Origin: Anthoceros angustus
Taxonomy: Eukaryota > Plantae > Anthocerotophyta
Direction: 5' to 3'
NCBI GenBank assembly: GCA_010909165.1
Contig: VJWM01000044.1
Coordinates: 1,550,001 to 1,614,000, forward strand
Length of the DNA stretch: 64,000 nucleotides
Shown: piece by piece, positions 1 to 10,852 of the stretch
How the letters are laid out: each line of letters begins with the position of its first letter
How positions within the stretch are numbered: position 1 is the stretch's first letter
The notes under the pieces: model-generated
What the model saw: the letters and a program-made list of their open reading frames with translations, nothing else
Database searches by the model: none
Told to the model about the DNA's origin: nothing
Program-made: the position numbers and the translations under genes

Positions 1-647
1 TGACGGTGTCTACGGAAGTGTCTGTCCAGATCGGAGAGCACCACATGGTACAGGAGGCAGACATGGAAAGGTGGATCTGGACAAACCAGAAACCCTGGAT
101 TCCCAGACCCTTGCTGAGCGTCCATGTCCGGCAGGGGGACAAAGCCAAGGAAATGACCATGGTAGATTTCCGGGGCTACATGGCTCTTGCCAATAGACTG
201 CGGAACCGGTTTCCCCAAGTTGAAGACATTTGGCTGTCCTCTGAAATGCAGGTGACTCCTCAACCTCCTCTTGCAGGAAACCCTTAAAATGGGCAGTGGG
301 ATTTCAACTTTGTCTCTTGTCCATCAAACCCTGAAAAACCACGGCATACTCACGTGACTCGCCTGCAGGATGTGATTGACTCTTCCACCACATACCCCGG
401 CTGGAACTTCTACTTCACCAAAGTCCCCCGCCAGTCGGGCAACACCACAATGCGCGCCTACGAGGCAAGCCTCGGAAGGCAAAGAAGCTCCGAGAACGCG
501 TTCGTCAACTTCCTCATGGCGGCCGACGCCGACTTCTTCGTGGGCGCTCTGGGCTCCAGTTGGTGTTACCTCATCGACGGAATGCGTAGCACCGGCGGCA
601 AACAAATGTCTGGTTACCTCAGTGTGAACAAGGACAGATATTGGTAG
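1..647 (+). CDS. 3' part of an alpha-1,6-fucosyltransferase-like (GT23-like) plant protein; exons <1-251 and 369-647
   Basis: PRPLLSVHVRQGDKAKEM and ADFFVGALGSSWCYLIDGMRSTGGKQMSGYLSVNKDRYW* match the conserved C-terminus of this plant family. A GT..CAG intron at 252-368 joins the two ORFs in frame. Truncated by the window edge. Confidence 0.75.
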
Positions 648-1701
648 CAAAAGCAGCAGCAGCCAGCGGCTCTTTCAATGGTCGCCATAGCAATTGCGGT
701 GCGTCTCTTCTGCCGCACTGCCAGCATTCACCTCGCCGGTTGAAGGCAGCGGTTGGGGGTGGTTGGTTGCCACAACCAGGCGAACTGGAACTGCCAGTAG
801 TAACGGTGAACTGTCAGCTGTGCTCAATCCCGTGACAAATGTGAATGGAACCTCGTCACCCGTTCCGTTTACCCGGATGCGGTTAGCGCCATCTGGCCGT
901 CATGTCACTCCACGTGGCCGCTTGACAACGGGCCGTGACGCCACATCAGCCACCGCTGCCTCCGTGGCGGGGACAGGAGACGCTTCATCAGCGTTCGTGG
1001 TCCCTGGGAAGGACAGCCCGGCCAAGGTGGAGGGAAGGCAAATCGGTGCCTCTGCTCTGATGGCTCCAACTGTGATGGGTAGTCGACATTCGGGCACACG
1101 AAATAAACCAACCCGGTGCCTTCCAGTTAACTTGATGAATGCATTTGGGACACGGCGCTCTCCCTGGTTGCATTGCTCTCATCCCGGAATCTGACTCAGT
1201 ATTTTTCATCAGTTGAAGGCGAGCTTGCAACGGTACTGCTGGCCATGGATTGGGACCTCTCTAGGCATGTATGTGGGAGGCTCTAGCCGGTTGCATGGCA
1301 TGGCACGGCGGGTTATGATTGTGCATGTTGTTACCGGTGATGACAGATAGTGCGCTGAGTTGGAGTTTCTGTGTGTCATCAATCCCCTTCTGCTCCAGAT
1401 GGAAGTGTGCTCGCAATCATCCGTGCTTGCTGCCGCAGCGGGGCCCGGGGACGATATCTGGACGAATTTCAAGATCTACTCTAGTTTCAAAGCTGAAGCG
1501 AGTGTGATCTTAGTGTGTGTGCCGCCGCAGCGGAGCTGAGCACATTGTAAGCAGATGTGAACTCGTGTATTTTTGTGGTGATCGGGTCTCTGGAGAATCC
1601 GATCTGCGAAATTCTCGCTCCAGCATTGAATTTGTGTTTCTGTGGAGCAGCTTTGTACATTGCAAGCATTTGAAGCGCTTGCAAAATATTTGCGAGGAGA
1701 A

Positions 1702-3780
1702 ATGGGGAGGAGAAGCTTTGGTGAAGAGATGGGGCAGATTTGGCAGCGGCTGGTTGGCAAGCACCGCTTCCTCGTGGCAGTGATTCTCTTCATCGCATTT
1801 CCCCCCCTCTTTAACCTGGTTGCCTACTTCTTTCCCCTCCTGCTGTGCACTGGTCTGTGCGTAGCTGTTTTCAGATCAATGGGAGATGAGGTTGAGCAGG
1901 ATTGTGCAAGAGCAGGAACTTCAAGGGAAAGCAGCCTGCAGAGATGGGTAAACGAAGTCTGCGCCTTCCCCAGGCCCGGGCCGGCGCCAGGGACAATGTT
2001 GATGCCGACGGGGTCTAGCCGGAACCAGTTCCCGCATGTGGCTAGATTCAGCTCTAAAGTCATGCCTGAGGCTCGGGCGAGTGGGAACGCAGAATGCGGC
2101 TACGGGCACATGCACGAAGCAGACGTGCAGGGGAACGGCAATTCATCCCAAGAAGAAGCTGCTGGAGCAAAAGCAGAAGCAGAAGTGGTGGATTCCCAGA
2201 TTTCTACTGTACCTGCACAGCATGGGGCAGAAGGATTCGCGTTTTGGCCTCAGGACGAGGAGCCGGAGAGCACTGTGGTTCCGACTCCGAATCGGGTCAC
2301 CCCACCTCCAGAAAGTAGTGGTTCACCGGTCCATGCTCGCCGCGCAAGAGTGACAGCCCAGTCTCGGAGAGAGAGAGCTAGGATCGAGAAGCTGCAGGCG
2401 AGACAAGCGGTCGCCAGAGACGGATTGGCCGATTGGCTCGTAGCTGCACGGTGTCACGCAGAAGAACTGGCGTCTCCTCCCAGGGTGCAGCCAGACCTGA
2501 AGAATCTGGAAATGCCTGGGGCTCTCGTCGAGACTTCACCCGAGCGAGTATTGGCTCTACTTGGTGAAAGACACCGTCAGAACGAGAGGCTGTGTAAGAT
2601 TCGGAGGCTGAGGGGGAGGCAAATGCTACAAGATAGGTGGGAGGAGACGCTGGAAGCATTCGGTCAAGAAGGTAAGGAAATGCAGGCAGATCTTGAAAGG
2701 ATTGCGCAGAGTAATAGGTGGGAGGAATGGCTGGAAAGCTTTGGTCCAGAAGGCAAGAAAACGCAGGAACTCCTTGACAGGTTCGCAAACAATCACCCGG
2801 GGCTGGACGGGCAAGCTCACAGGGGGCCTGCCAGCCCAGTGAGCCCCGTGCAGCAACCTCTCCCTAATCAAGCGAGCATACGCAGGCCACAGAGCTCAGT
2901 GTCACCCGAAGCCGAAGACCGTAGGCCTGTCGTGGAATTGCCTACATACAGCAGTTTGCCCGAGGCTCAGGCTCAGGCTCAGGCTGCCAATGCAGGCTGT
3001 GGAACCTGCTGCATGAATTGGTGCACAAGGGAAACGAGTGGAGGACATGAGATCAACCCTGGACCGCGGACTCCTGCACCCGACACCAGCATGCTTGCTA
3101 CGCCATTGCTGAATAGGGAGGAGAGTGTGGCAACTGAAGGGGAAAGGGGTACAGCGCCAAAGACACCAAACTCCGGAGTGCCTGTTGCTGGAGTCACAGC
3201 ACAAGTACCCCATCGTGGACCTTCCACGTTCCAGGCAAGGATGCACAATGCAAGGCAGGGCAAGAAGCGATTATTCGAGGAAGACTCCAGGCTCAACCGT
3301 GGTACTGAGCGGGACACAACGTCAGTGGAGGCCGTCACCTCTGGGCACAAGCCAAAGCCAGTCTCAGAGCCAGTGCCAGTGCCAGTGTCACCACGATCTA
3401 CCACACCTGCGGCTGCCCCTCTCCGGATCCGCCTGGACAACAAACCTACTAGCAGTTACGAAGGGAACAACAACAACCACGACTGCGAAGTGGCGGCAGT
3501 GGGATTTGCAGTCTCAGGAGGCAGGGGCATAGACAGGAAAGGAACTGGAACAGGCCAATTGCAAGGCCTGTCTGTGCCACTGCCACAGGGGCTGGTGAAG
3601 AGGTACCCCCACATAGAGTACGAAACCCAGCAGTGGAATGACCTCAAATCGCGATTCGCTGATTGGCAGTCTACTGTTTCAGCAGTGGACACTAAATTGA
3701 AGGGCGGCGTCAATGTGCACGACAATCCCACCTTCCAGCCTGCAACTGCCCTCAAGAAGCGCTCACCCATGTCTCCCTAA
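1702..3780 (+). CDS. Uncharacterised intronless protein with N-terminal TM hairpin and long disordered tail (resembles the plant At5g17910-like family)
   Basis: ~690-codon ORF with first ATG at 1702. Hydrophobic KHRFLVAVILFIAFPPLFNLVAYFFPLLLCTGLCVAVFRSMG, an ERARIEKLQARQ motif, and a P/S/E-rich remainder. Confidence 0.65.
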   Translation: MGRRSFGEEMGQIWQRLVGKHRFLVAVILFIAFPPLFNLVAYFFPLLLCTGLCVAVFRSMGDEVEQDCARAGTSRESSLQRWVNEVCAFPRPGPAPGTMLMPTGSSRNQFPHVARFSSKVMPEARASGNAECGYGHMHEADVQGNGNSSQEEAAGAKAEAEVVDSQISTVPAQHGAEGFAFWPQDEEPESTVVPTPNRVTPPPESSGSPVHARRARVTAQSRRERARIEKLQARQAVARDGLADWLVAARCHAEELASPPRVQPDLKNLEMPGALVETSPERVLALLGERHRQNERLCKIRRLRGRQMLQDRWEETLEAFGQEGKEMQADLERIAQSNRWEEWLESFGPEGKKTQELLDRFANNHPGLDGQAHRGPASPVSPVQQPLPNQASIRRPQSSVSPEAEDRRPVVELPTYSSLPEAQAQAQAANAGCGTCCMNWCTRETSGGHEINPGPRTPAPDTSMLATPLLNREESVATEGERGTAPKTPNSGVPVAGVTAQVPHRGPSTFQARMHNARQGKKRLFEEDSRLNRGTERDTTSVEAVTSGHKPKPVSEPVPVPVSPRSTTPAAAPLRIRLDNKPTSSYEGNNNNHDCEVAAVGFAVSGGRGIDRKGTGTGQLQGLSVPLPQGLVKRYPHIEYETQQWNDLKSRFADWQSTVSAVDTKLKGGVNVHDNPTFQPATALKKRSPMSP

Positions 3781-5087
3781 AATGCTACTGCTCTAGATCT
3801 GCTCTTTCGGATTTGGATACGCAACTCGTTTTCCAGGTGTCGTTCTCTCCTGTATCCATGTGGCCAGCGATTGCATGCTGTCACCCAAACATCAAGCTGC
3901 AATAGGAGTCTCTCTAAATAAACTGTTGACAAAGGAGTCCATGCCCTTCCCTTGCTGTGAGTCTGCTGAGTACTCCAGCTTGACATTTCTGACAGCATTT
4001 GCATTACTACAACCAGTTCCGCTTTGATCCCTGGATGTCACTTTGTTGGTTTTGCTACCAGTTACCATTATGCTATCTCCCACCAAGTAGCGGCTGGAAC
4101 ATTTTTACCTGGTGAAGGCAATTCTGCAATCGCTGGAGTGGAGGAGACTACGATGTGCAATTTTACCTACCAGGTTAGGGCAAAAAATTAACGGAGTAAG
4201 AGTCTTTAGCTGGTTAAGGTAATTATTTTGTAGTTGCGAGAGTGGGACCTGCGAGAATAACAACAATACATGCTACTACGGTAGTACATAACTAGTGGCA
4301 GAATACAAGCAAATTATTATTACGTAGATAAAATAGAGAATAATTAATTATGGATTTTTATCTTCAATCATATTTAAGCTAAGTATTTCTTATTTTCATA
4401 ATATTGTAATAAAATTTTTATTTTTAATGGAAAATATTGACTTAGATTTCACATTAACAAATTCACAAGCCACACAAGAAGTAGCCTTTAGAATGGTTAG
4501 CTTGCAGAATAGTGAAATCAAGTATAGGGTGTGATAAAAAACAGTGATATCAATTATAGATGAATGTGTTACACTATACCCAATTCTACCTTAGTCATAT
4601 ACGATCGTATTAGCAACTCCACTTTAAAGCTATCCTATCTTTTTCGCACCATGGATTATATTGAGTCCCTTCCACCAAAAGGCAACTCAAACTCAAGTAC
4701 ACAATAGTTTTTCTTGAAAACCTAGACTCTAATATATTAATTAATACTCCAGGAGATTAGTTGCTCTGTTTGTCCGCTGGCCTTGGGGGTCTCCCTCTGA
4801 TGTCCTCTGTTGAATGAGCTCTCTCCAACATTTTCTCCCCTCAGCAAATAATTTACATTCATACTCTCCTTCATATGTTTAATGCTGGAAAAAAAAATGA
4901 TAGCAAGTGTTACCATATTTTGATGTGTATCTGTGTGCATGGTCTTATGAAGTTAAGATAAGTTTAGATAGTTTCATGTCAGTACCTAAGATTGGGAGGA
5001 TAGTTTCTTTAGAAGAACTTATGGCGACTTTGAATGGCTCCGTTGGGTAGTTTATTTGAATAGTTTCAATAGTAGATAGGATTTCTT

Positions 5088-6464
5088 TTATGCAGCTTCA
5101 CACAGTATATCACAAAGTTTCTTATGCACACTCCATTTGGAAACCTGACAATCTCTGCTACAATACCATTCACTTTTACATCGTGAACATCTTTGCACAG
5201 CAAGAGTTCCACAAGCTGCACAAGATGGAGCTTCCATCATTTCCCCAAATTCAAAAATCCGCATCATTTCCTGAGCTCGTTCCCTATTAGCAGCAAATGT
5301 ATCTTTTGATAATGTAAAGACATTTTTCATTTGTGCATTTGCCAAATCCTTCCAATTGTTACAATGCAATATCTTTTCCCGTATTTGCGGAACTTGCTCT
5401 AATATTAATCCAGATTTATCTCCTACGGATGAGGGTATCATTAATGTAAGCTCTTCCAATGCCCATTGTAAATCTTTCAATACAGGTAATTGGTTCAAAT
5501 ATATCTCATTGAGATGCTTTTTAAGTTTAAGGATGTGTCCTCGTCGAAAGTCAGAATAATGATATTTAGCACGACATTGACTATCAACAAGCAAATTATT
5601 CAATGCCAACCAAACTTGTGCATCTGGTTTCATCATTTTGAACTTGTCTTGTGAAGGAATTTCAACCCATTTTCCATCCACATATTTTTCAGTAACATAT
5701 TGATCACATCTTTTTCTTTGTCGTTCCCAAGGAGGGTTTTCAACCAGAGGAATCAAAGCCATAATAATGTCTCTAGAGTCTAATAGTCTAGACATCAATG
5801 ATAAAGAAAGTTCACTAATATGATCTGTTAAGTACCTTAAAATAGTTAGTGCACAAATCCCTGTAGAAAATTGTGTGAGACTTGCCTTTTCTCTTATATC
5901 ATCCTCAGGCTTTATGTTTAATAACTCATGAGCACTCTTTTCTCTATAAGCACCATCTTCTGCTGCTTGGGTGTTGAGATATATCATTTTGCGATAGCAA
6001 TAGTCAGCAAGCTCTAAAAGTCCATCTCCTCCAAGTGCCTCACAAGCTTGTCGATGGAAAAACATTATTTCAAACATATTTACTATTGTAGTCTCTTGAT
6101 ATAAGATCAAACTTAAAGTAATTGTTGAATTCCCTAAATCAAGTTTTTCAAAAATGAGTGGCAATACTTTCTCTTGCCAAATTTCCACAACCAAAAGCTC
6201 ATGCAATAACAATTCCATTTTTCCATAAGAGATCAGTGCAACCATTACAAACTCATCTGAGTTTGCCAAGGTGTTATAATGAGCTTGAAGATTCAATTTC
6301 TCTAGCTGTTGATGTTGTTTCAACCAAGCTGGACTACCTATTTCATCTATGGAAAATAATCGGAGACTTTCTACTATCTTTTCAGCCTCATAAGATGATA
6401 CAAGAACTCCATCCTCACTCTTCAAGAATCCAGGTTTAGTACACGCATTTGCACCTATTTCCAT
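5088..6464 (-). CDS. ZMYND10: Zinc finger MYND domain-containing protein 10 (BLU), axonemal dynein assembly factor; intronless
   Basis: IGSPAWLKQHQQLEKLNLQAH, LELADYCYRK, QVWLALNNLL, and a C-terminal MYND finger CAACGTLAVQRCSRCKSEWYCSRDCQVSKWSVHKKLC. First ATG at 6464. Confidence 0.92.
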   Translation of the reverse strand: MEIGANACTKPGFLKSEDGVLVSSYEAEKIVESLRLFSIDEIGSPAWLKQHQQLEKLNLQAHYNTLANSDEFVMVALISYGKMELLLHELLVVEIWQEKVLPLIFEKLDLGNSTITLSLILYQETTIVNMFEIMFFHRQACEALGGDGLLELADYCYRKMIYLNTQAAEDGAYREKSAHELLNIKPEDDIREKASLTQFSTGICALTILRYLTDHISELSLSLMSRLLDSRDIIMALIPLVENPPWERQRKRCDQYVTEKYVDGKWVEIPSQDKFKMMKPDAQVWLALNNLLVDSQCRAKYHYSDFRRGHILKLKKHLNEIYLNQLPVLKDLQWALEELTLMIPSSVGDKSGLILEQVPQIREKILHCNNWKDLANAQMKNVFTLSKDTFAANRERAQEMMRIFEFGEMMEAPSCAACGTLAVQRCSRCKSEWYCSRDCQVSKWSVHKKLCDILCEAA

Positions 6465-6786
6465 CCTAAGTACTCTATGAACGTATATAAAGGTAAGCAA
6501 AATTGAAGAATGGAGCTCAATTTATTCTTACTCAAGTTGTGATTACATGAATCATGAACAAGAAAGTAGTTATTGCATGAATTCTCTAAGATCAAATCAT
6601 CTACACAACATCCATCTTGATAGTCTTGTCCTTCGTGAAGCCCATAAAGCTTTAAATGCTTTAAGTCCAACAATATTTTAGAATACGTCCATAACTATCT
6701 AATTACACATCCAAAAGTTACTAGGATTTGGGCGTTGTGTGATGTATACTAAGGGTGAGAGTGAGGAGTTGTTAGTAGTCTCGAAC

Positions 6787-7911
6787 TTATCGGACAACGA
6801 CCGTTTGGACCTGTTCAGTCTTCATGCCAAGTTCGCCTCTAGTCTTAGTGACGAATAAGTCGCTGCATTTTATTGCAGCAGGTATTTTCCCACTAAAGAC
6901 ACAGCAGGGAGTATGGCAGATTGCGCTGTAGCGGCCCAACGTGACTATGGCTAACACGAAACTAGAGGGTTTATATTTCTTGAGCTGCTTGCATTTAGGG
7001 TCCTTGATCAGCTTTTTTATGTTCTGAACCACAACATCAGCGTGTAGACTAGCAAAGTAGCCTTGCTTGATCTCCTTGATGTTGGTGATGTCACCGACGG
7101 CGAAGACGTTAGGAAACCCTGGCAGCTGAAGTGTCTCCTCCACCTTAATCCGCCCACTCTCCTCCAGCAAATCCTTGAAGTCAGACTCCTTGAGCCAGGA
7201 GTTGCCAACCTTCTTCCCAACGCACATGAAGTAAGCATCGGCATCAATTTTCTTGCCTTTCTTCGTTGTGTAGGGAGATTTTCCAAAGTCCTCCACCCTG
7301 TCCTCCAGGATGACCTCCACGTCATGGGCCATCAGCCAGTCCAGGGTCTTCTTGGATGCGACAGGGCCGATGAATTCTAACAACCTGCTTCCGGAATGCA
7401 CCAGAGTGATCTTGATTCCAGGAAAATCTGTGGCCACCTCCCCGGCAAGCTCCACTCCAACTGGTCCCCCCCCGACGATGAGAATGGCCTTGGAGGAGGC
7501 AAGCTTCTGATTCTCCTTCAAATACTCCTCGAGGCGGTCTCGCCTGGTAAGAGGACCGGTGTATGCGTTGCCTGTGGCAATGACAAGGAAGTCATAATCA
7601 ATGTGCTCTCCATGATCTGTGACTATCTCTTTGGTGGACGCAGATTTGGCACTGTTGGTGACTAGCACAGGTTTTTCCAGGTAGTCGGAGTGGAAGAAGC
7701 ATGACCTTTCCCCAAAACTCGGCTGCACAATGCACCTCATGCCTGCGTATGGCACCTCGAAGAAGTCCTTGGCATCCACGAAAAATACTTCTGCATCATT
7801 TTCCAACTTCTTGGCCACAAGCGCGCCTGCAACACCTCCCCCAACCACCACCACTTTCTTCTTCGACAGTTTCTTCTCTAATCCTGCTGTCCCAAGGGTA
7901 CTGATCGACAT
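6787..7911 (-). CDS. FAD/NAD(P)-dependent pyridine nucleotide-disulfide oxidoreductase, AIFM2/FSP1 (AIF-homologue)-like
   Basis: Two Rossmann motifs (VVVVGGGVAG; ILIVGGGPVGVELAGE), YDFLVIATG and NVFAVGDI. Single 374-aa ORF from ATG 7911. Confidence 0.88.
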   Translation of the reverse strand: MSISTLGTAGLEKKLSKKKVVVVGGGVAGALVAKKLENDAEVFFVDAKDFFEVPYAGMRCIVQPSFGERSCFFHSDYLEKPVLVTNSAKSASTKEIVTDHGEHIDYDFLVIATGNAYTGPLTRRDRLEEYLKENQKLASSKAILIVGGGPVGVELAGEVATDFPGIKITLVHSGSRLLEFIGPVASKKTLDWLMAHDVEVILEDRVEDFGKSPYTTKKGKKIDADAYFMCVGKKVGNSWLKESDFKDLLEESGRIKVEETLQLPGFPNVFAVGDITNIKEIKQGYFASLHADVVVQNIKKLIKDPKCKQLKKYKPSSFVLAIVTLGRYSAICHTPCCVFSGKIPAAIKCSDLFVTKTRGELGMKTEQVQTVVVR

Positions 7912-8630
7912 CCTTAAGCTTGCTACCCACCCTGGTATCTGGCAGCTCAAAGATCATAAACATGCTCGAAGAAATTTTGCTCTGGCAGCAACAAAAAAAT
8001 CCCAGAGCCAAGGTCGGTACGCAAATGTCAGTGGTGGAACAGGTTCCTAGGGTCCTACATCAGAGGTCGCGATGTTTCACTATTCTGGCTACTGCATTTT
8101 ACTTCATGCTGCTCCTGACTCCTAATTGGCCGCTCTGTCGTACCCGTCGCCCAGACAGAGCCAACAGACCTCAATCCTCGTGATAAGTATCTGGTGAGTT
8201 CAAATGCATTCTGCCTTTCGAGCCACAGGACCAAGGGGGATGGATGTAGATCTAACATTCGACTGACCAGGCGCCATGGACTGGCAGCACCAGGCTACGA
8301 GCAAAATCCCCAACCAAAAGATGAAGGGGGAGACAAGTCTAGTCTAAGTGGTCCTCCCGCCTAGATGTCGCAGTTCGGCAGAAGATCACTGCAGATGCGG
8401 TACAGCAGTCTGAGCTAGGTTTGATTAGGATCTATGGTGTACAGTGTATCTGCTGCAGTGTAGCACCACAGTCTTGGCACCTGGCAATGTGAAGATTCCA
8501 CTCGTTCCTGCATTTCACTTGGCATCAGTCATTGGCTACTGGTGCCTCTGGCGGCAGCGTGCATGATAGCAATAAATTCTTGTATCTCCTCCTTCTCTGC
8601 AGCATCTGGTGGGTTTGGGCAGGAAGTTGC

Positions 8631-8783
8631 AGTGAAAGAGCGAAGACACGAGCGATAGAACTTCGTAGCTTGCTCTTTCGATTAATTATCAACAATACAA
8701 AAATGTGTTCTTATACGTTATTACGAAACGACGTACTGTAAACCCTAGACTAGCTTTGTGTGTTAGAGATGCGTCTCTTCACA
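8631..8783 (-). repeat. 3' LTR of Copia element (153 bp)
   Basis: Near-identical to 15482-15632; flanked by the PPT and the TSD. Confidence 0.93.
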
Positions 8784-9169
8784 CTCCCACTCAGCTCTAG
8801 GCACACAAAGATTTGCTTATGGTACTACTGAGTGACTTGACGATTGGATCTAATTCTGATTAGCTTCATCCACTCTCATCACTCGGTACCTCCCACTCAA
8901 GCTGAAAAACTTAGTGTGTTGTACATTTTGCTTCCTTAGTTGCTTGTGCAATGATGTCGCTACCGTCAACTACGCCAAGTCCTTCCCTATGCTTATTGTG
9001 TTTATAAGTAGGAAGTGACTTAGTAAATATATCGGCAGTATTCTCTTCAGTATTAATATAAGCAACTATCACCACTCCTCTTGAAGTAACATCGTGGATA
9101 TAATGATGATATAGCCCAATATGCTTAGTACGAGCATGATAACGAGGATTAGCTACTAAAGCGATGGCC

Positions 9170-10852
9170 GACATATTGTCACAATTGAGTGTTGTAGGCA
9201 TAGACTGAGGACGCTTAATATCACTCAAAAGTGAGCGCTCCCACTCAGCCTCTTTACCGGCTTCGGTAAGAGCTTTATATTCTGCCTCTGTTGAACTCAA
9301 GGCTAGACTAGTTTGCTTCTTACACCGCCAACTTATGGAAGCTCCAGCTAACATAAAGCAATAGGCAGAAATGCTTTTTCGTGTATCAGCGTCGGAGGCC
9401 CAGTCGGCATCCACAAAACCAGTGAGGTTGAAGTGATTTTGACCGGTGGAGGTATAGCAAATGCCATATGTGGAGGTACCACTCAAGTATCTCAAGATCC
9501 TCTTCACGGCGACCCAATGGACCCGCCCAGGATTTTGAAGATATTGAGCAAACACGCGATACATAATATCAGGCCGAGTCCAATTAGCCAATAAAGAAGA
9601 CAACCCACACATGCAGGATAAGGGATAGTAAACATATCCTCACGCTGAGCATCGGATTGTGGGCATCAGATAATCGAATACCAACCGCCCGGAGTAGATA
9701 CAGCCGAGCAGATTGCATATTAAATCGGGTTAAAATTTCCACGACATATTGTCACAATTGAGTGTTGTAGGCATAGACCGAGGACGCTTAATATCACTCA
9801 AAAGTGAGCGCTCCCACTCACCTCTTTACCGGCTAAGAGCTTTATATTCGCCTCTGAACTCAAGGCTAGACTAGTTTGCTTCTTACACCGCCAACTTATG
9901 GAAGCTCCAGCTAACATAAAGCAATAGGCGTAAATGCTTTTTCGTGTATCGTCGGAGGCCGGTCGGCATCCACAAAACCAAAGGAGGTTGAAGTGATTTT
10001 GACCGGTGGAGGTATAGCAAATGCCATATGTGGAGGTACCACTCAAGTATCTCAAGATCCTCTTCACGGCGACCCAATGGACCCGCCGATTTTGAAGATA
10101 TTGAGCAAACACGCGATACATAATATCGCCGAGTCCAATTAGCCAAAATAAAGAAGACAACCCACACATGCGATAAGGGATAGTAAACATATCCTCACGA
10201 GCATCGGATTGTGGGCATCAGATAATCGAATACCAACCGCCCGGAGTAGATACAGCCGAGCAGATTGCATATTAAATCGGGTTAAAATTTCGACATATTG
10301 TCACAATTGAGTGTTGTAGGCATAGACCGAGGACGCTTAATATCACTCAAAAGTGAGCGCTCCCACTCACCTCTTTACCGGCTAAGAGCTTTATATTCGC
10401 CTCTGAACTCAAGGCTAGACTAGTTTGCTTCTTACACCGCCAACTTATGGAAGCTCCAGCTAACATAAAGCAATAGGCGTAAATGCTTTTTCGTGTATCG
10501 TCGGAGGCCGGTCGGCATCCACAAAACCAGTGAGGTTGAAGTGATTTTGACCGGTGGAGGTATAGCAAATGCCATATGTGGAGGTACCACTCAAGTATCT
10601 CAAGATCCTCTTCACGGCGACCCAATGGACCCGCCGATTTTGAAGATATTGAGCAACTACACGATACATAATATCGCCGAGTCCAATTAGCCAAAATAAA
10701 GAAGACAACCCACACATGCGATAAGGGATAGTAAACATATCCTCACCGAGCATCGGATTGTGGGCATCAGATAATCGAATACCAACCGCCCGGAGTAGAT
10801 ACAGGCCGAGCAGATTGCATATTAAATCGGGTTAAAATTTCCCTGACATATT
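9170..10852. repeat. Three tandem copies (~573/549/553 bp) of the Copia RT-RNase H junction
   Basis: Units start with GACATATT at 9170, 9743 and 10292. The same 8-mer occurs at 10845 at the end of the array. Confidence 0.92.

Noticed and set aside
694-1194. 166-aa ORF after the fucosyltransferase-like gene
   Set aside because: Non-ATG start and no recognisable motif; probably UTR or intergenic.
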